From Solirubrobacterales bacterium (GTDB taxonomy: Bacteria > Actinomycetota > Thermoleophilia > Solirubrobacterales > 70-9), in the NCBI GenBank assembly GCA_050180135.1, contig JBFXEM010000001.1, positions 2,667 to 66,666 on the forward strand: DNA of 64,000 nucleotides. The letters run 5' to 3'. Each line of letters opens with the position of its first letter. The stretch's first letter is position 1. Below are positions 56,115-64,000 of the stretch, piece by piece. Below the pieces are notes generated by a model. It saw only the letters and a list, made by a program, of their open reading frames with translations. It was not told the DNA's origin and made no database searches. The position numbers and the translations under genes were made by a program.

Positions 56115-56204
56115 GGATTGACCGCGCTAGGCACGATTTCGGTCGATTTCAGGCGATTTCGCTAGGCGTCGCTGCGCGCACTTGGGGCGCGAATTGACGG
56201 CACG
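56115..56204. repeat. arrays of short direct repeats next to the tRNA fragment: CGATTTC x3 at 10-bp spacing flanked by GCTAGGC x2, then ATTGACGGCA x2 at 12-bp spacing
   Basis: cgatttc at 56124, 56134 and 56144. gctaggc at 56115 and 56151. attgacggca at 56183 and 56195. Confidence 0.55.
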
Positions 56205-56320
56205 ATTGACGGCAAGTGGCGCCGTGGCCGCGTTGGCCCAGGGACTCACGGAGTCCTCCACGGGAACCGAGTGGCAAATCCCCGATGGGGCGCGCTCGAT
56301 CGAGTGATCTAATTGCTGGC

Positions 56321-56668
56321 GTGAGAATTCTCGTCGTGGTCAACGACCAGCCCTATGGCAGTGAGCGCCCCTACAACGCCCTGCGCCTTGCCACTGCCCT
56401 GAGCAAGCGCGAGGGTTCCGAAGTTCGGGTATTCCTGTTTGGCGACGCCGTGATGTGCGCAGCAGCAGGGCAATCACTGCCGGACGGCCATTACCACCTC
56501 GACCGCATGCTCAAGGGTCTGCTCCACCGAGCGGAAGTCGCGTGCTGCGGGACCTGCATGGATGCGCGGGCACTCAAAGAGGAGAGCCTGGTCGGAGGGG
56601 CTCAGCGCTCGACCCTGGAGGAGTTGACCGACTGGGTTGTCTGGGCAGAGACGACGCTGACCTTCTAG
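56321..56668 (+). CDS. DsrE/DsrF-like family protein
   Basis: GTG 56321. 'VRILVVVNDQPYGSERPYNALRLATALSKREGSEVRVFLFGDAV...CGTCMDARAL' fits the DsrE-fold family. Confidence 0.65.
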   Translation: MRILVVVNDQPYGSERPYNALRLATALSKREGSEVRVFLFGDAVMCAAAGQSLPDGHYHLDRMLKGLLHRAEVACCGTCMDARALKEESLVGGAQRSTLEELTDWVVWAETTLTF

Positions 56669-56675
56669 TCCGCTC

Positions 56676-57317
56676 TCAAGGCCCATCATCGCCGCGCCGC
56701 TCGAAGTGCGCGTAGTGGAACTGCTGGATCGCTCCACTGGGCGTCCGGTGGTCATGAAGTCGCGAGGAGACAGGCTCAAAATCAGGGCCTACGGCGCTGG
56801 CAAGCGTATGGGCGTCGTAGCAGCGTACGGGGAGGCCGCTGCATTCGTTCGGACCGTCGGGACCGAAGGTGGCGAGAATCAATTGACCCCCGACCCGGAG
56901 CGAGCGCTTCAAGTTCTCTACATACGCGGCGCGATCACGCGGCTCCACCATGAAGTGGAAGACGGCGCGGTCGTGCCAAAGGTCGAAACGACGACCGAAA
57001 TCGACGGTGCGTACGTCCCCAGTGACCCAGGTGATCCGGCCTGCGTCGCCCCCGAGGTCAGATTTCGCCCGCTCAAGCGCAGTCAACGAAATATCGGAGA
57101 CAGTGAGATCCGAGTAGCCCAAGTGCAATAGCTCCTTAGAGAGGCGGGAGGCACCGCCACCAACGTCGATAAGCGCCGCCTCGGGATCGAGCTTGCACGC
57201 CTTGATCAGTTCCCACGAAAGGCGTGGGGATTCCTCGGTCCAGCTCATTTGGGCGCTCGTGCGCTCCGCGTAGGCCTGGTCCCAGTGGAGCATCTGATCT
57301 TGAGCGGTCTGCGTCAT
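56676..57317 (-). CDS. class I SAM-dependent methyltransferase
   Basis: Motif I 'ALIDVGGGASRLSKELLHLGYSDLTVSDIS', post-I/II 'WVTGDV...FDLWHDRAVFHF', 'GGQLILATF'. Confidence 0.8.
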   Translation of the reverse strand: MTQTAQDQMLHWDQAYAERTSAQMSWTEESPRLSWELIKACKLDPEAALIDVGGGASRLSKELLHLGYSDLTVSDISLTALERAKSDLGGDAGRITWVTGDVRTVDFGRRFDLWHDRAVFHFMVEPRDRAAYVENLKRSLRVGGQLILATFGPDGPNECSGLPVRCYDAHTLASAVGPDFEPVSSRLHDHRTPSGAIQQFHYAHFERRGDDGP

Positions 57318-57380
57318 CTCAACCTCGCGGTCAACAAATCGGGGTCCAGCCTAACTCTAATTCGGGGCCCTTCCCGTGCT

Positions 57381-57698
57381 TCAGGACGGCGGCGTAGAGG
57401 ATCGAACGGTCCCTTGAAGAAGGCGATTGGGCAAGAGACCAAGGGTCTTCATCAAGCGCAACAGCGTCGTCAACCGCACCTCCCGCACTCCGCGCTCGAT
57501 CCGCGAGACCTGCACCGTCGCCAACCCCGCCTCCTCCGCGAGGCGATCGCGGTCGCCGTGCTCGCCGAAGGCATGCCAGCTCGAGAACAGCCGCTTGGTC
57601 AGCTCCAGGCCGGCCTCGCCGAAGGCCTGCTGCTCGGAGAGGCCCTCGGAGTGGCGGGTGAAGTCGCGCCATAGATGCTGCCGGCACGCTTGGCGCAG
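57381..57698 (-). CDS. XRE-family HTH protein; no ATG/GTG/TTG start in the open frame (CTG at 57698 is the only candidate)
   Basis: Frame open 57381..57707. '...RLFSSWHAFGEHGDRDRLAEEAGLATVQVSRIERGVREVRLTTLLRLMKTLGLLPNRL'. It is masked in the ORF track by the overlapping spurious ORF 57331..58056. Confidence 0.5.
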   Translation of the reverse strand: MRQACRQHLWRDFTRHSEGLSEQQAFGEAGLELTKRLFSSWHAFGEHGDRDRLAEEAGLATVQVSRIERGVREVRLTTLLRLMKTLGLLPNRLLQGTVRSSTPPS

Positions 57699-57759
57699 CT
57701 GAGCTTCTCAAGACGTTCTTGGGGTGAAAGTGGGCAAACTGGGCGAGGCTTCGCCGTAG

Positions 57760-58527
57760 GCTGCTGCGATCTCCGAAGGCGTCGAGATCTCGATCTGGAT
57801 CGTCGCGTCGGGCGCCGCCACCGGCGTCGGCGGGCTGGCGATCCTGCTGCTGCGGCGCCCCTCCCACCTCACGCTCGACGCGCTGCTCGGCTTTACCGCG
57901 GGCGTGATGCTCGCCGCGACCGCGTTCAGCCTGCTGGTGCCGGCGCTCGACCGTGGCGGGGTCTGGGAGGTGGTCGCCGGCCTCGGCGCCGGCGCCGCCT
58001 TGATGGGGGTCCTCGATGCGATCGTCCCGCACGCCCATGCGCGCTTCGCCGAGCACGAAGATCTACCCGCCGAGCAGCGCGCGGCCCGCGAACGGAGCAC
58101 CCTGCTGCTCTCGGCGCTGACCATCCACAATCTGCCGGAGGGGATGGCGGTCGGCATCGCCTTCGCGGCCGGCGGGGTCGAGCTCGGCGCACCGCTCGCC
58201 CTGGCGATTGGCATCCAGAACATCCCGGAGGGATTCGCCGCGGCTGCGCCCCTGGTGGGCGGCGGCACCTCGCGCCGTAACGCCGCCGGAATCGCTGCCT
58301 TGACCGGAATCGTCGAGCCGCCCGCCGCGGCGCTTGCCTTCGTGGCATTCGAGGCGGTGGAGGCGCTGCTGCCGTTCGGCCTGGCCTTTGCCGGCGGCGC
58401 GATGCTCTACGTCATTGTCGACGAGCTGATCCCCGAGAGTCAGGTGCGAGGGAATGAGCGCATCGCCACCTTCGCCCTGCTCGTCGGCTTCGCGCTGATG
58501 CTGGTGCTCGACAACGCTTTCGGGTAG
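57760..58527 (+). CDS. ZIP (ZupT/GufA-like) metal transporter; start unresolved, possible pseudogene
   Basis: 'ALTIHNLPEGMAVGIAF', 'IGIQNIPEGFA', 'YVIVDELIPES'. TM1 (IWIVASGAATGVGGLAILLL) is encoded in frame after TAG 57757-57759. There is no canonical start before GTG 57901 / ATG 57904. Confidence 0.6.
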   Translation, partial: AAAISEGVEISIWIVASGAATGVGGLAILLLRRPSHLTLDALLGFTAGVMLAATAFSLLVPALDRGGVWEVVAGLGAGAALMGVLDAIVPHAHARFAEHEDLPAEQRAARERSTLLLSALTIHNLPEGMAVGIAFAAGGVELGAPLALAIGIQNIPEGFAAAAPLVGGGTSRRNAAGIAALTGIVEPPAAALAFVAFEAVEALLPFGLAFAGGAMLYVIVDELIPESQVRGNERIATFALLVGFALMLVLDNAFG

Positions 58528-58534
58528 CTACGGC

Positions 58535-59248
58535 TCAGCCGGAGGCGTTCGATGCCCTGGCCGAAGCATCGATCGTGGTCACCGGCAGGCCAACCTCGGC
58601 TCGAACCCGCTCGGCCATCCTGGCGGCCGACTCCCAGCTGGTCTCGCGGTCGGGCAGCATCACGACCTCGTTGGGCGGGTACTCCCGCAGGCCGTCCATC
58701 AGGGAGTCCATCGGGTGGGCGATGTCGGCTCGCCCGTCGGCGATCACGCCCGCGCCGCGCAACCTCGCCAAGGCGGCCTCCACGCGCCGCTGCGCCACCT
58801 CCATCTCGCGGTCGACATCGTCGGCGAGCTCGGCCAGGTGCGAACTGGCGACCACCGGCGCGACGATCATCGCCTCGGTGGCGGTACGAGCCGTGCGGCG
58901 ACAAACCTCGTCGCACAGGGCCTCGTCCTCGAGCCCCTGATTGGCGATGACCAGGACACGATGGCGCGGGCCCTCAGGCGGAATCTCCATCCGCAGCCGG
59001 GCCGGCGGCTTTCCCCACCCCCGGATCGCGAAGAGGACCATCGGAACCCAGGAGACAACGATGACGATCATGCCGGCGATCCCGCCACCGACGCGGAAGA
59101 CCACGAAGGCGAGGACCAAGACGACGAAGGCGTAGAGCGTGGCAACGATGCCGATCAGGTCGGAATCGAGCCAGTATTTGACCCGTGCCTTGAGGCCTGA
59201 TGCCCTACCGCTGGGCGTGCCTTGCTGCGCTCGCTTCTCGTCTGCCAT
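58535..59248 (-). CDS. membrane protein (2 TM) with a C-terminal USP-like alpha/beta domain
   Basis: ATG 59248. TM spans 'LIGIVATLYAFVVLVLAFVVF' and 'GMIVIVVSWVPMVLFAI', then 'RVLVIANQGLEDEALCDEV...MIVAPVV...VVMLPDRE'. Confidence 0.55.
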   Translation of the reverse strand: MADEKRAQQGTPSGRASGLKARVKYWLDSDLIGIVATLYAFVVLVLAFVVFRVGGGIAGMIVIVVSWVPMVLFAIRGWGKPPARLRMEIPPEGPRHRVLVIANQGLEDEALCDEVCRRTARTATEAMIVAPVVASSHLAELADDVDREMEVAQRRVEAALARLRGAGVIADGRADIAHPMDSLMDGLREYPPNEVVMLPDRETSWESAARMAERVRAEVGLPVTTIDASARASNASG

Positions 59249-59534
59249 CGCGGACAAGGTTACGCCGACGGCCAAGCAGCCGTATCCGCAGTAATCACCT
59301 TGCGGCCTTCCCATCCGTCAGGACGTGTCGGCGCGGACTGGACTAGCAGCCAGCCGACCAGGGCGATGACGCTCATCGCTAGACCGAAGGCGACGATCAG
59401 CGCCAGGGTCGGCATCGCTTAGTTCCCGCCACTCCTCGTTGAGCCACTCGAACAGCACGATCCTTGCGAGACCGCATTGCCCCCGATACGGTTCCCGTGG
59501 TCCCGGGACAACGCCCCTTTCGAAGGAGTGGACG

Positions 59535-60536
59535 ATGCCCAAGGCGCTGCAGCTGATCGCGGTATCTCTCCCCCCAGGCGATGATCCGATCGCTCACCTC
59601 CTCGTTGAGATCGATCGAATCGAGTCCAGCAGTGGCGTTCGCGTGCTGGACCTGATGATCGTGAGCAAGAACCAGGACGACAGCATCGTCCGGGCGTCCT
59701 TCGGCGGGGACGACGACTTCGGCGATCTCGTAGCGAGACTCTTCCCGATCGGCGACGCCGAAGCCGAGCAGGGCGCCGGCGCGGCCGCCGAGCTGTGGGG
59801 AGAGGCGCAGGGTCTGCCTGCCGGCAGCGCGGTCGCCTTCCTGCTCGTCGAGCACCGCTGGGCCCAAGGGATCTTCGAGACGATCGACGCAGAGGGTGGC
59901 GCTCTGTTGGGTGCCGCCTTCCTCACGCCCGAGCTTGGTCTGATCGTCGACGCCGAGATCACCGCGATGGAGAACGCGGCCCACTCGATCGCCGCGGCGC
60001 AGGCCGCCGAAGCGAGCGCAAACCTGCGCGCCCTCGCGGCGATGGCGGCAGCGGACGAGGCTGTCGCCGCCTCGGCCCGGGTCCGGTCCGCGGCCGCGGC
60101 CGAAGCCCTCGGCGTGCTGACGGAGGCGGGGCTGCTTGAGCTGGCCGCGACGCACGAGGCGGCTGCCGCCCTCAGCGCGGCCGGCCTGATCATCGACGTC
60201 GCCGACGAGGCCGCCCGCCTCGCCGTCGAGGAAGACGTGTCGAGAATCGACGCGGCCGACGAGGCCGCGACCGAATCGATCGCCGAGGATCTGGAGGCGG
60301 TGCGGGCCGCCGATCAAGCAGCGGCTGAGGCCCGCATCGCCGCCTCCGTCACCCCGGCCGAGATCCGCGTGCTGCGCTACCTGCCGACGAAGCTGAGCTT
60401 CGCGCTCATCGCCGACAAGCTGGGGATCTCACGGGGAGCTGCCAAGAGTCGGGCCGAGCGCGCCTACAAGAAGCTCGGCGTTCACAACCGTGCCGACGCG
60501 ATGGACCGGGCGCGCGCGCTCCGGGTCATCCCCTAG
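59535..60536 (+). CDS. LuxR/GerE-type HTH protein with an uncharacterised N-terminal domain and an Ala-rich linker
   Basis: ATG 59535 after GAAGGAG. C-terminus 'TPAEIRVLRYLPTKLSFALIADKLGISRGAAKSRAERAYKKLGVHNRADA'. ~130-aa Ala/Glu-rich low-complexity middle region. Confidence 0.7.
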   Translation: MPKALQLIAVSLPPGDDPIAHLLVEIDRIESSSGVRVLDLMIVSKNQDDSIVRASFGGDDDFGDLVARLFPIGDAEAEQGAGAAAELWGEAQGLPAGSAVAFLLVEHRWAQGIFETIDAEGGALLGAAFLTPELGLIVDAEITAMENAAHSIAAAQAAEASANLRALAAMAAADEAVAASARVRSAAAAEALGVLTEAGLLELAATHEAAAALSAAGLIIDVADEAARLAVEEDVSRIDAADEAATESIAEDLEAVRAADQAAAEARIAASVTPAEIRVLRYLPTKLSFALIADKLGISRGAAKSRAERAYKKLGVHNRADAMDRARALRVIP

Positions 60537-60701
60537 CAGGCACTCGTGGCTCGTCGTCGCCGCCGCTGTCCGGCTCGGGGGTGGGCCTACCACCACACCG
60601 CACCTCTCTAGCTGGATGTCCGAGACCAGAGCCCAGCTAACCACCGCTTTTTTGGCCGACAGTCTGCTCTCAGGGACTTTTTTCTCACCGATTACGTCCC
60701 G

Positions 60702-62166
60702 CTAGCCCTGATCCACCGATAAGCACCTGAGGAACCATCCGGGAGCGTCCTCTTGGCTCTTGAGAATGCGGTTTGCGAAGACCCATTCCCCAAGCCAGGA
60801 GGACACCCGGAAGGTGAAGACACAAACGACGCGCCAAACCGTAGAAGTCAGGGCGGACGGCGAGGGGCTCGTCTCCCACGCCGGCGCCTATCTCCTGGTC
60901 GAGCTGGCCGATCGGCTGGGCCTCACCGCGGCGCTCGCAGATGCGATGGCACCAACCCGCGAGCGCCGCTCCGCCCACGACCCCGGCGTCGTCGTGCGCG
61001 ACCTCGCCGTCGCGATCGCCGACGGCGGCGATCACGTCTCTGACCTCGGGGTGCTGCGCGGCCAGCAGGCCCTGTTCGGGGCGGTGGCCTCGGAGACGAC
61101 GGCCCACCGGGTGCTGAAGTCGGTCGACCCCGGCCTGCTCGATGGGCTCCGCGGCGCCCGCGCGGTGGCGCTGAGCAAGGCCTGGGATGCCGGCGCCCGG
61201 CCGAAGGAGCTGATCCTCGACATCGACGCCAGCCTTCTCTGCGCCCACTCCGAGAAGGAGAGCGCCGCCGGCACCTACAAGGGCGGCTTCGGCTTCTTCC
61301 CCCTGCTCTGTTACCTCGGCGAGCCATTGGCCGGGGTCCTTCGCCCCGGCAACGCCGGCGCCAACACCGCCGCCGATCACTTCGAGGTGCTGGCGCTGGC
61401 GCTCGAGCAGTTGCCCGCCCAAGACCTCGACCGAGAGATCCTCGCCCGCGCCGACATCGGCGGGCGCACCCACGCCTTCACGCAGGACTGCCGCGACGCC
61501 GGCATCCGCTTCTCGGTCGGCTACGAGGTCGAGGTGCGGGTGCGCGAGGCGATCGGCGCGCTGGCAGATCGGGCCTGGCGACAGGCGATCAACGGCGACG
61601 GCGAGGCGCGCGAGGGCGCCCAGGTCACGGAGCTGACCGAGCATGTCGACCTCTCGAGCTGGCCGCAGGGCACCCGTCTGATCGTCCGCCGCGAGCGGCC
61701 TCACCCCGGCGCCCAGCTCTCGGGGTCTCCCTGCTCGCGCAGGCGCTGCTGCGCTGGGTCGCCCGGCTCTGCCTGGAAGGGGACCTCGCCCTGGCCGAGC
61801 CCAAGCGCGTTCGCCAGCGCCTGCTCCACGTCGCCGGGCGCCTGGTGCGCTCGGGGCGGCGGGTGGCGCTGCGGCTGCCGCGGAGCTGGCCCTGGGCCGA
61901 GGCGCTGGTCGCGGCGTTCGCGCGATTGCGGGCGTTGCCGGTCGCGTCGAGCCCTTAGCCAACTGGGCTCGCTCCCCGGCCTCAGTCCCTCCTCACCGCA
62001 GCTGCCGATCCCGGCCTGCCCGCGCACGGGCGTCGGGGCTCCCATTCGCCGATGGACCGCATCGAACGAAGCGCCAGGGCGGTTCCGAGGAACCGCCCTG
62101 GCGCTGTTACCTACCTCAAGTCAGCCGATCACACCCTGCGGGGTGAAAACGGTGGATCGAGGCTAG
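60702..62166 (+). mobile_element. IS1380-family insertion sequence remnant with terminal inverted repeats and an internally deleted transposase
   Basis: IRL CTAGCCCTGATCCACCG (60702-60718). The reverse complement of IRR is CTAGCCTCGATCCACCG (62150-62166), with 15 of 17 positions matching. No flanking target-site duplication seen. Confidence 0.7.
60814..61958 (+). pseudogene. IS1380-family transposase, N-terminal ~300 codons joined out of frame to the last ~75 codons
   Basis: 'VEVRADGEGLVSHAGAYLLVELADRLGLTAAL...HDPGVVVRDLAVAIADGGDHVSDL...RERPHPGAQLS', then in another frame 'LLAQALLRWVARLCLEGDLALAEPKRVRQRLLHVAGRLVRSGRRVALRLPRSWPWAEALVAAFARLRALP'. The central catalytic part is missing. Confidence 0.7.
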
Positions 62167-62469
62167 TTCATACCTCAATGCTCGCCTTCGCATCAACGGC
62201 GGAGAGCACGATGGGGTTGCGCTCTGGATGCCGATGTCGCTCCGTGTGGACCTGCGGCGGATGCTGCGAAGCACGCTTCGCGCGCTCGGGATCGAGGACG
62301 AGGATCTCACTATTGAGACCGAGGACCCGGAACCTGGGCACGAGCACCCCCACGGTCGTAACCCCGGATCTCGTCCGACGACGAGCCATTGCGGTGGTCG
62401 TTCACGACGAGTACATGGGCGAGGTTCGGGCCAAGGTCAAGCGGCTGAAGCCGCTCGTCTGATCCGGTT

Positions 62470-62499
62470 GAGGCCCCCGGCGATCTAGTCGGGGGCCTC
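62470..62499. terminator. strong GC hairpin between convergent genes (candidate bidirectional terminator)
   Basis: Perfect 10-bp stem GAGGCCCCCG / CGGGGGCCTC with a 10-nt loop, followed by TTCC. Confidence 0.5.
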
Positions 62500-62569
62500 T
62501 TCCCGTCCCCCCTGGGGATCCGCGTATGGGGCCGCAGGATTTCTTCACAGTTCCCGGCCCGGCCCGACC

Positions 62570-62914
62570 CTAGGCTGGCGCCTCGGGAATCACGCCGAGC
62601 TGCTGCATCATCGCGAACATGTCGACGAGGCCCCAGTGCTCGCGGATCATTCCCGCTTCATCGAAAGCCATGATGTCGATCAGCTTCACCTCGACGCTGC
62701 GGCCGGTCGCGGGCATTCCCATCAGCTCACCTTCGTGCGTGCCGGTGGCCGTGGCCCGGATGGCGGTCTTCTCGCCGCTGAGGAGCACCTCCTCGACCCG
62801 CATCTCCAAATCGGGGAATGCGGACCGGTACATCCGGAAGAACTCGATCACTCCCTCCTTCGTCGGAGCCATGCCGGGAGTCTCCTCATGCTCGACGAAG
62901 TCGTCGGCCAGCAA
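62570..62914 (-). CDS. SnoaL-like / NTF2-fold (ester cyclase-like) protein; N-terminus apparently lacks a canonical start
   Basis: 'FVEHEETPGMAPTKEGVIEFFRMYRSAFPDLEMRVEEVLLSGEKTAIRATATGTHEGELMGMPATGRSVEVKLIDIMAFDEAGMIREHWG'. Family-like residues (ATARRAYDLINAGDIDGFGE) continue upstream of TTG 62914 up to the TGA at 63026. Confidence 0.6.
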   Translation of the reverse strand: MLADDFVEHEETPGMAPTKEGVIEFFRMYRSAFPDLEMRVEEVLLSGEKTAIRATATGTHEGELMGMPATGRSVEVKLIDIMAFDEAGMIREHWGLVDMFAMMQQLGVIPEAPA

Positions 62915-63025
62915 CTCTCCGAAGCCGTCGATATCGCCGGCGTTGATCAGGTCGTAGGCGCGCCGCGCAGTGGCTGAGAGGTGCCAACGAGTGCCGCCAG
63001 CCGATTGTGTGAGCGGAGGCCTGCC

Positions 63026-63313
63026 TCAACCCACCTCCGCCTCGACCTTGATCTCGCAGTGGTCAACGGAAACCCGGGTGCCCGGAGTCTCGCCGGCATC
63101 CATCTGATCGAGCGCATCTCCCCCCGTGCGCATATCCTCCTCGGTCTCGAAGAAGACCACGACCACCGCCGTCGACTGGCCCTCATCGAGCAGCATCTGG
63201 ATCTTCTTCGCGGGCACCCCGGGCGGCGGACCCTCGCCCCCCTCGATCCGGTCGCGCACCTCCGCGATCCGCCCTGCGTCGACGTCGGTGAACCGGACAA
63301 CTCGAGCGAACAT
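63026..63313 (-). CDS. small ferredoxin-fold (ABM/Dabb-like) protein
   Basis: ATG 63313 after AAGGGGG. MFARVVRFTDVDAGRIAEVRDRIEGGEGPPPGVPAKKIQMLLDEGQSTAVVVVFFETEEDMRTGGDALDQMD... The family call is tentative. Confidence 0.45.
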   Translation of the reverse strand: MFARVVRFTDVDAGRIAEVRDRIEGGEGPPPGVPAKKIQMLLDEGQSTAVVVVFFETEEDMRTGGDALDQMDAGETPGTRVSVDHCEIKVEAEVG

Positions 63314-63574
63314 GGGAACCCCCTTGGTAGTTGCTACGAGCCTAACCCGGCCACCATGGCATGCCAAGGCCGCATCGCCGCGCTTAATAGTCGCGCTCAG
63401 AATGACGGCAGATCGACGGCAACCGCCCAACCGGCCAGTTCGCTCGAGAGGGAAAAAGGCCCGCATTCGCCCGCTTCGTCCTTAGGCGGGGACGTGATTC
63501 GGAACCCCGCGACCTTCGCGTTGGGAGCTCACCGGAGCCAACTGGCCGGGCGCGACGCCATCAGAGGCGGTTGA

Positions 63575-64000
63575 ATGACCGCAATGCCACGCGAGCTCAA
63601 AGCTGACTACCTGGTAGTCGGGGCCGGGGCGTCGGGCGTGGCATTCGCCGATGCGGTCACGCGCCATGCCGACGTCAAGGTCGCCCTGGTCGATCGAAGG
63701 CACGGCCCCGGTGGCCACTGGCTCGATGCCTATCCGTTCGTGCGGTTGCATCAGGCATCCTCGTTCTACGGCGTCGCGTCGACGCTTCTGGGATCCGGAT
63801 CGGTCCAGCGCGAAGGCCCCGAGGCCGGCCTGCACCAACGCGCCAGCGCACCTGAAATCTGCGCCTACTACGAGCGGGTGCTGAACGAGCAACTTGTGCC
63901 CTCTGGCCACGTGCAGTTTCACCCGAACTGCGAGTACCTCGGTGAAGGCTCGTTCGTCTCACGCCTCTCCGGAGAGCGTTATGGGGTGCGACGGGATTGC
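63575..64000 (+). CDS. FAD/NAD(P)-binding oxidoreductase (flavin monooxygenase-like), N-terminal part; runs off the window end
   Basis: ATG 63575. The dinucleotide motif 'DYLVVGAGASGVAFAD' is followed by 'VALVDRRHGPGGHWLDAYPFVRLHQASSFYGV'. Open to the window edge. Confidence 0.6.
   Translation, partial: MTAMPRELKADYLVVGAGASGVAFADAVTRHADVKVALVDRRHGPGGHWLDAYPFVRLHQASSFYGVASTLLGSGSVQREGPEAGLHQRASAPEICAYYERVLNEQLVPSGHVQFHPNCEYLGEGSFVSRLSGERYGVRRDC

Noticed and set aside
57331-58056. 241-aa ORF on the minus strand spanning the XRE/ZIP intergenic region.
   Set aside because: Its composition is Arg/Gly/Ala-rich. It overlaps the ZIP coding region in antisense and, in another frame, the XRE gene, both of which have real family motifs.
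62052-62488. ORFs 62052..62462 (+), 62228..62488 (+) and 62168..62389 (-), next to the right end of the IS1380 relic.
   Set aside because: The frames are mutually exclusive, no recognisable family was found, and the first ORF begins inside the IS. Possibly the remains of a gene disrupted by the IS, but no call is supportable.

Overview
Very GC-rich, actinobacterial-looking DNA. GTG and TTG starts are common, and many genes overlap by 1-17 nt. Nearly all genes from 0.4 to 49.4 kb are on the minus strand.

(1) 1-9.9 kb: an orphan ParB-like gene followed by small unknown genes, a DUF2188-like gene and a DUF4917-like gene. Next come an 800-aa secreted repeat protein, a receiver-less OmpR-type winged-helix regulator, a secreted coiled-coil protein and a TetR/MFS efflux pair.

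(2) 10-49.4 kb, the core: two diverged paralogous copies of two gene modules.
- Module H: HyuA/HyuB ATP-dependent hydantoinase-oxoprolinase family, an M20 N-carbamoyl-amino-acid amidohydrolase, and a CUT2-type ABC importer.
- Module M: a split B12-dependent acyl-CoA mutase, MeaB, an acyl-CoA ligase, and a RidA-hotdog fusion.
- Copy A is at 10.6-26.0 kb. Copy B is at 32.4-37.7 kb plus 40.2-49.4 kb, with the module order swapped.
- Between and around the copies lie 3-hydroxybutyryl-CoA dehydrogenase, PduO-type adenosyltransferase, a 3-hydroxyisobutyryl-CoA-hydrolase-like enzyme and a GntR regulator. There are also two YbaK-type aminoacyl-tRNA deacylase paralogs and a clear 2,2-dialkylglycine decarboxylase (DgdA) with a divergent LysR regulator.
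- An SDR plus an oxalyl-CoA-decarboxylase/2-hydroxyacyl-CoA-lyase-like ThDP enzyme occur intact at 51.9-54.5 kb. A heavily frameshifted pseudogene copy lies at 37.9-40.0 kb.
- Taken together this looks like an undescribed catabolic super-locus for quaternary-alpha-carbon compounds (5,5-dialkylhydantoin / 2-aminoisobutyrate / 2-hydroxyisobutyrate type). This is a hypothesis, not a demonstrated function.

(3) 49.5-51.7 kb: a gene-fragment graveyard (IS21 istA 5' piece, sigma-70 region-4 piece, LLM oxidoreductase piece) and an MFS gene interrupted by an in-frame TGA.

(4) 54.5-64 kb: a degraded LamG-like gene, then a truncated initiator tRNA-Met 3' half with adjacent direct-repeat arrays (att-like island boundary). 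After these come DsrE-like, methyltransferase, XRE, ZIP, USP-like membrane and LuxR-type genes, an internally deleted IS1380 element with recognisable inverted repeats, and small NTF2/ABM-like genes.

No rRNA genes, intact tRNA genes or CRISPR arrays were seen.
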